Source of the DNA: Ferrimonas sp.
GTDB taxonomy: Bacteria > Pseudomonadota > Gammaproteobacteria > Enterobacterales > Shewanellaceae
Assembly (NCBI GenBank): GCA_044433165.1
Contig: JAWXTX010000001.1
Coordinates: 8,685-72,684, forward strand
Reading direction: 5' to 3'
DNA length: 64,000 nt
Both the position numbers and the translations under genes were made by a program. The notes below the pieces were generated by a model. The model worked only from the letters and a program-made list of their open reading frames with translations, was not told the DNA's origin and did not search any database. This document shows, piece after piece, positions 62,135-64,000 of this stretch (within the stretch, counting starts at the first letter, position 1; each line of letters opens with the position of its first letter).

Positions 62135-64000
62135 ATGGATAAAACCTACAACCCCCAAGCGATTGAACAGCGTCATTACCAGCGCTGGGAACAATCCGGT
62201 TACTTCAAGCCACACGGCGACACCAGCAAAGACGCCTACTGCATCATGATCCCACCGCCGAACGTCACCGGCAGTTTGCACATGGGGCACGCCTTTCAAG
62301 ACACCATTATGGATACCTTAACCCGCTATCAGCGGATGCAAGGGAAAAACACCTTATGGCAAGTGGGTACGGATCACGCCGGCATCGCCACCCAAATGGT
62401 GGTCGAGCGTAAGCTGGCGGCACAAGACATTACCCGTCAACAGCTGGGCCGTGAGACCTTCATTGATAAAGTGTGGGAATGGAAAGAAGAATCTGGTGGC
62501 ACCATCACCCAGCAGCTGCGCCGCATGGGGGCATCCGTTGATTGGGATCGTGAACGCTTTACCATGGACCCAGGCATGTCCAAAGCCGTACAAGAGGTGT
62601 TTGTACGCCTGTATCAAGATGATCTGATCTATCGTGGCAAACGCTTGGTGAACTGGGACCCGAAACTGCACACCGCAATCTCAGATTTAGAAGTGGAAAA
62701 CAAAGAGTCGAAAGGCTTTATGTGGCACTTCCGTTATCCACTGGCCGATGGCGTGACCACCGCGGATGGGAAAGACCACATTGTGGTGGCAACCACCCGC
62801 CCTGAGACCGTTTTAGGCGATACCGGTGTGGCGGTAAACCCAGAAGATCCGCGCTATCAATCGCTGATTGGCAAAGAGCTGGTATTGCCCATTGTCGGCC
62901 GCCGGATCCCCATTGTGGCCGACGAACACGCCGACATGGACAAAGGCACCGGCTGTGTAAAAATCACCCCCGCGCACGACTTCAACGATTACGAAGTGGG
63001 TAAGCGTCATGGCTTACCGATGATCAACGTGCTGACCTTCAATGCCGAGATCCGCAGCGAAGCCGAAGTACTGGATACCAATGGCGAGGCTTCAACCGTT
63101 TACAGCAGCGAATTGCCTGTTCAATACCATGGCATGGAGCGTTTTGCTGCGCGCAAAGCCATTGTCGCTGAGATGGAGCAACTCGGCCTGTTAGAGGCCA
63201 TTAAAGATCATGATCTCACCGTTCCTTATGGTGACCGTGGTGGCGTGGTGATTGAACCCATGCTGACCGATCAATGGTATGTACGGGTCGCGCCATTAGC
63301 GCAGCCAGCCATTGAGGCGGTTGAAAACGGCGACATCCAATTTGTGCCAAAACAGTACGAGAACATGTACTTCTCTTGGATGCGCGACATTCAAGACTGG
63401 TGTATCTCGCGGCAGCTTTGGTGGGGGCACCGGATCCCCGCATGGTATGACGAAAATGGCCAAGTTTATGTGGGCCATGATGAAGCGCAAGTGCGTGCCG
63501 ACAACCAGCTGGCCGCCGATGTGGTGTTACGCCAAGACGATGACGTCTTAGACACCTGGTTCTCTTCTGCGCTGTGGACGTTCTCAACCCTCGGCTGGCC
63601 AGAGCAAACCCCAGAACTGAAAACCTTCCACCCAACCGATGTACTGGTCACCGGTTTTGACATCATCTTCTTCTGGGTTGCTCGGATGATCATGATGACC
63701 ATGCACTTCATCAAAGATGAAGATGGCAAAGCCCAAGTGCCGTTTAAAACGGTTTATGTAACTGGCCTTATCCGTGACGAGCAAGGCCAGAAAATGTCTA
63801 AGTCAAAAGGGAATGTGCTCGATCCGCTGGATATGATCGACGGCATTGACTTGGAAAGCTTAGTGGCCAAACGCACCAGCAACATGATGCAGCCCCAACA
63901 GGCCGCCAAAATTGAAAAGAGCACGCGCAAACAGTTTGCCGAAGGCATCGCCCCGCATGGCACCGACGCGCTGCGTTTCACGCTGGCGGCCATGGCCTCC
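62135..64000 (+). CDS. valS: Valine--tRNA ligase, N-terminal part (runs off the window end)
   Basis: Manual translation gives [26 protein letters not shown]...[15 protein letters not shown] (HIGH) and ...KMSKSKGN near the end. It is not in the ORF track because no stop lies within the window. Confidence 0.95.
   Translation, partial: MDKTYNPQAIEQRHYQRWEQSGYFKPHGDTSKDAYCIMIPPPNVTGSLHMGHAFQDTIMDTLTRYQRMQGKNTLWQVGTDHAGIATQMVVERKLAAQDITRQQLGRETFIDKVWEWKEESGGTITQQLRRMGASVDWDRERFTMDPGMSKAVQEVFVRLYQDDLIYRGKRLVNWDPKLHTAISDLEVENKESKGFMWHFRYPLADGVTTADGKDHIVVATTRPETVLGDTGVAVNPEDPRYQSLIGKELVLPIVGRRIPIVADEHADMDKGTGCVKITPAHDFNDYEVGKRHGLPMINVLTFNAEIRSEAEVLDTNGEASTVYSSELPVQYHGMERFAARKAIVAEMEQLGLLEAIKDHDLTVPYGDRGGVVIEPMLTDQWYVRVAPLAQPAIEAVENGDIQFVPKQYENMYFSWMRDIQDWCISRQLWWGHRIPAWYDENGQVYVGHDEAQVRADNQLAADVVLRQDDDVLDTWFSSALWTFSTLGWPEQTPELKTFHPTDVLVTGFDIIFFWVARMIMMTMHFIKDEDGKAQVPFKTVYVTGLIRDEQGQKMSKSKGNVLDPLDMIDGIDLESLVAKRTSNMMQPQQAAKIEKSTRKQFAEGIAPHGTDALRFTLAAMAS

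Overview
This 64-kb window is from a gammaproteobacterial chromosome, most consistent with a Vibrionaceae-type genome. The main clue is dxs-ispA-xseB followed directly by pomA-pomB sodium-type stator genes. GC looks roughly balanced by eye but was not computed.

The window is overwhelmingly core housekeeping. It contains yggX-mutY/trmB, glsA, mscS, ygfZ, metA, emrAB-like efflux, dxs-ispA-xseB, pomAB and the long minus-strand block dacA-rlpA-mltB-rodA-mrdA-rlmH-rsfS-nadD-holA-lptE-leuS. It also contains ettA, glyA, gltBD, a cpdB-like nucleotidase and lptFG/pepA-holC-valS.

I found no tRNA or rRNA genes, CRISPR array, IS or transposase, integrase, or phage genes. I found no recognisable defence or toxin-antitoxin system and no clear island boundary. 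I therefore cannot support the presence of a clearly novel multi-gene system here.

Five segments are poorly characterised and worth a second look:
- An envelope cluster at 15974-20564: PCu(A)C chaperone, small beta-barrel OMP, an unassignable S/T/A-rich lipoprotein with a Pro/Gly tail, and an orphan YjbH/GfcD-like protein.
- An HNH-like Cys4 protein with a substituted catalytic His (14330-15142), divergent from a small His/Cys-rich membrane ORF plus an MFS transporter.
- A degenerate SDR followed by two small ATGA-coupled (or frameshifted) ORFs (10327-11445).
- An orphan promoter-terminator unit upstream of mscS (6597-6800) that could be an sRNA.
- A divergent ArsR-family regulator and 4-TM protein pair.

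All product calls rest on by-eye motif and homology recognition and on synteny. No database search was run.
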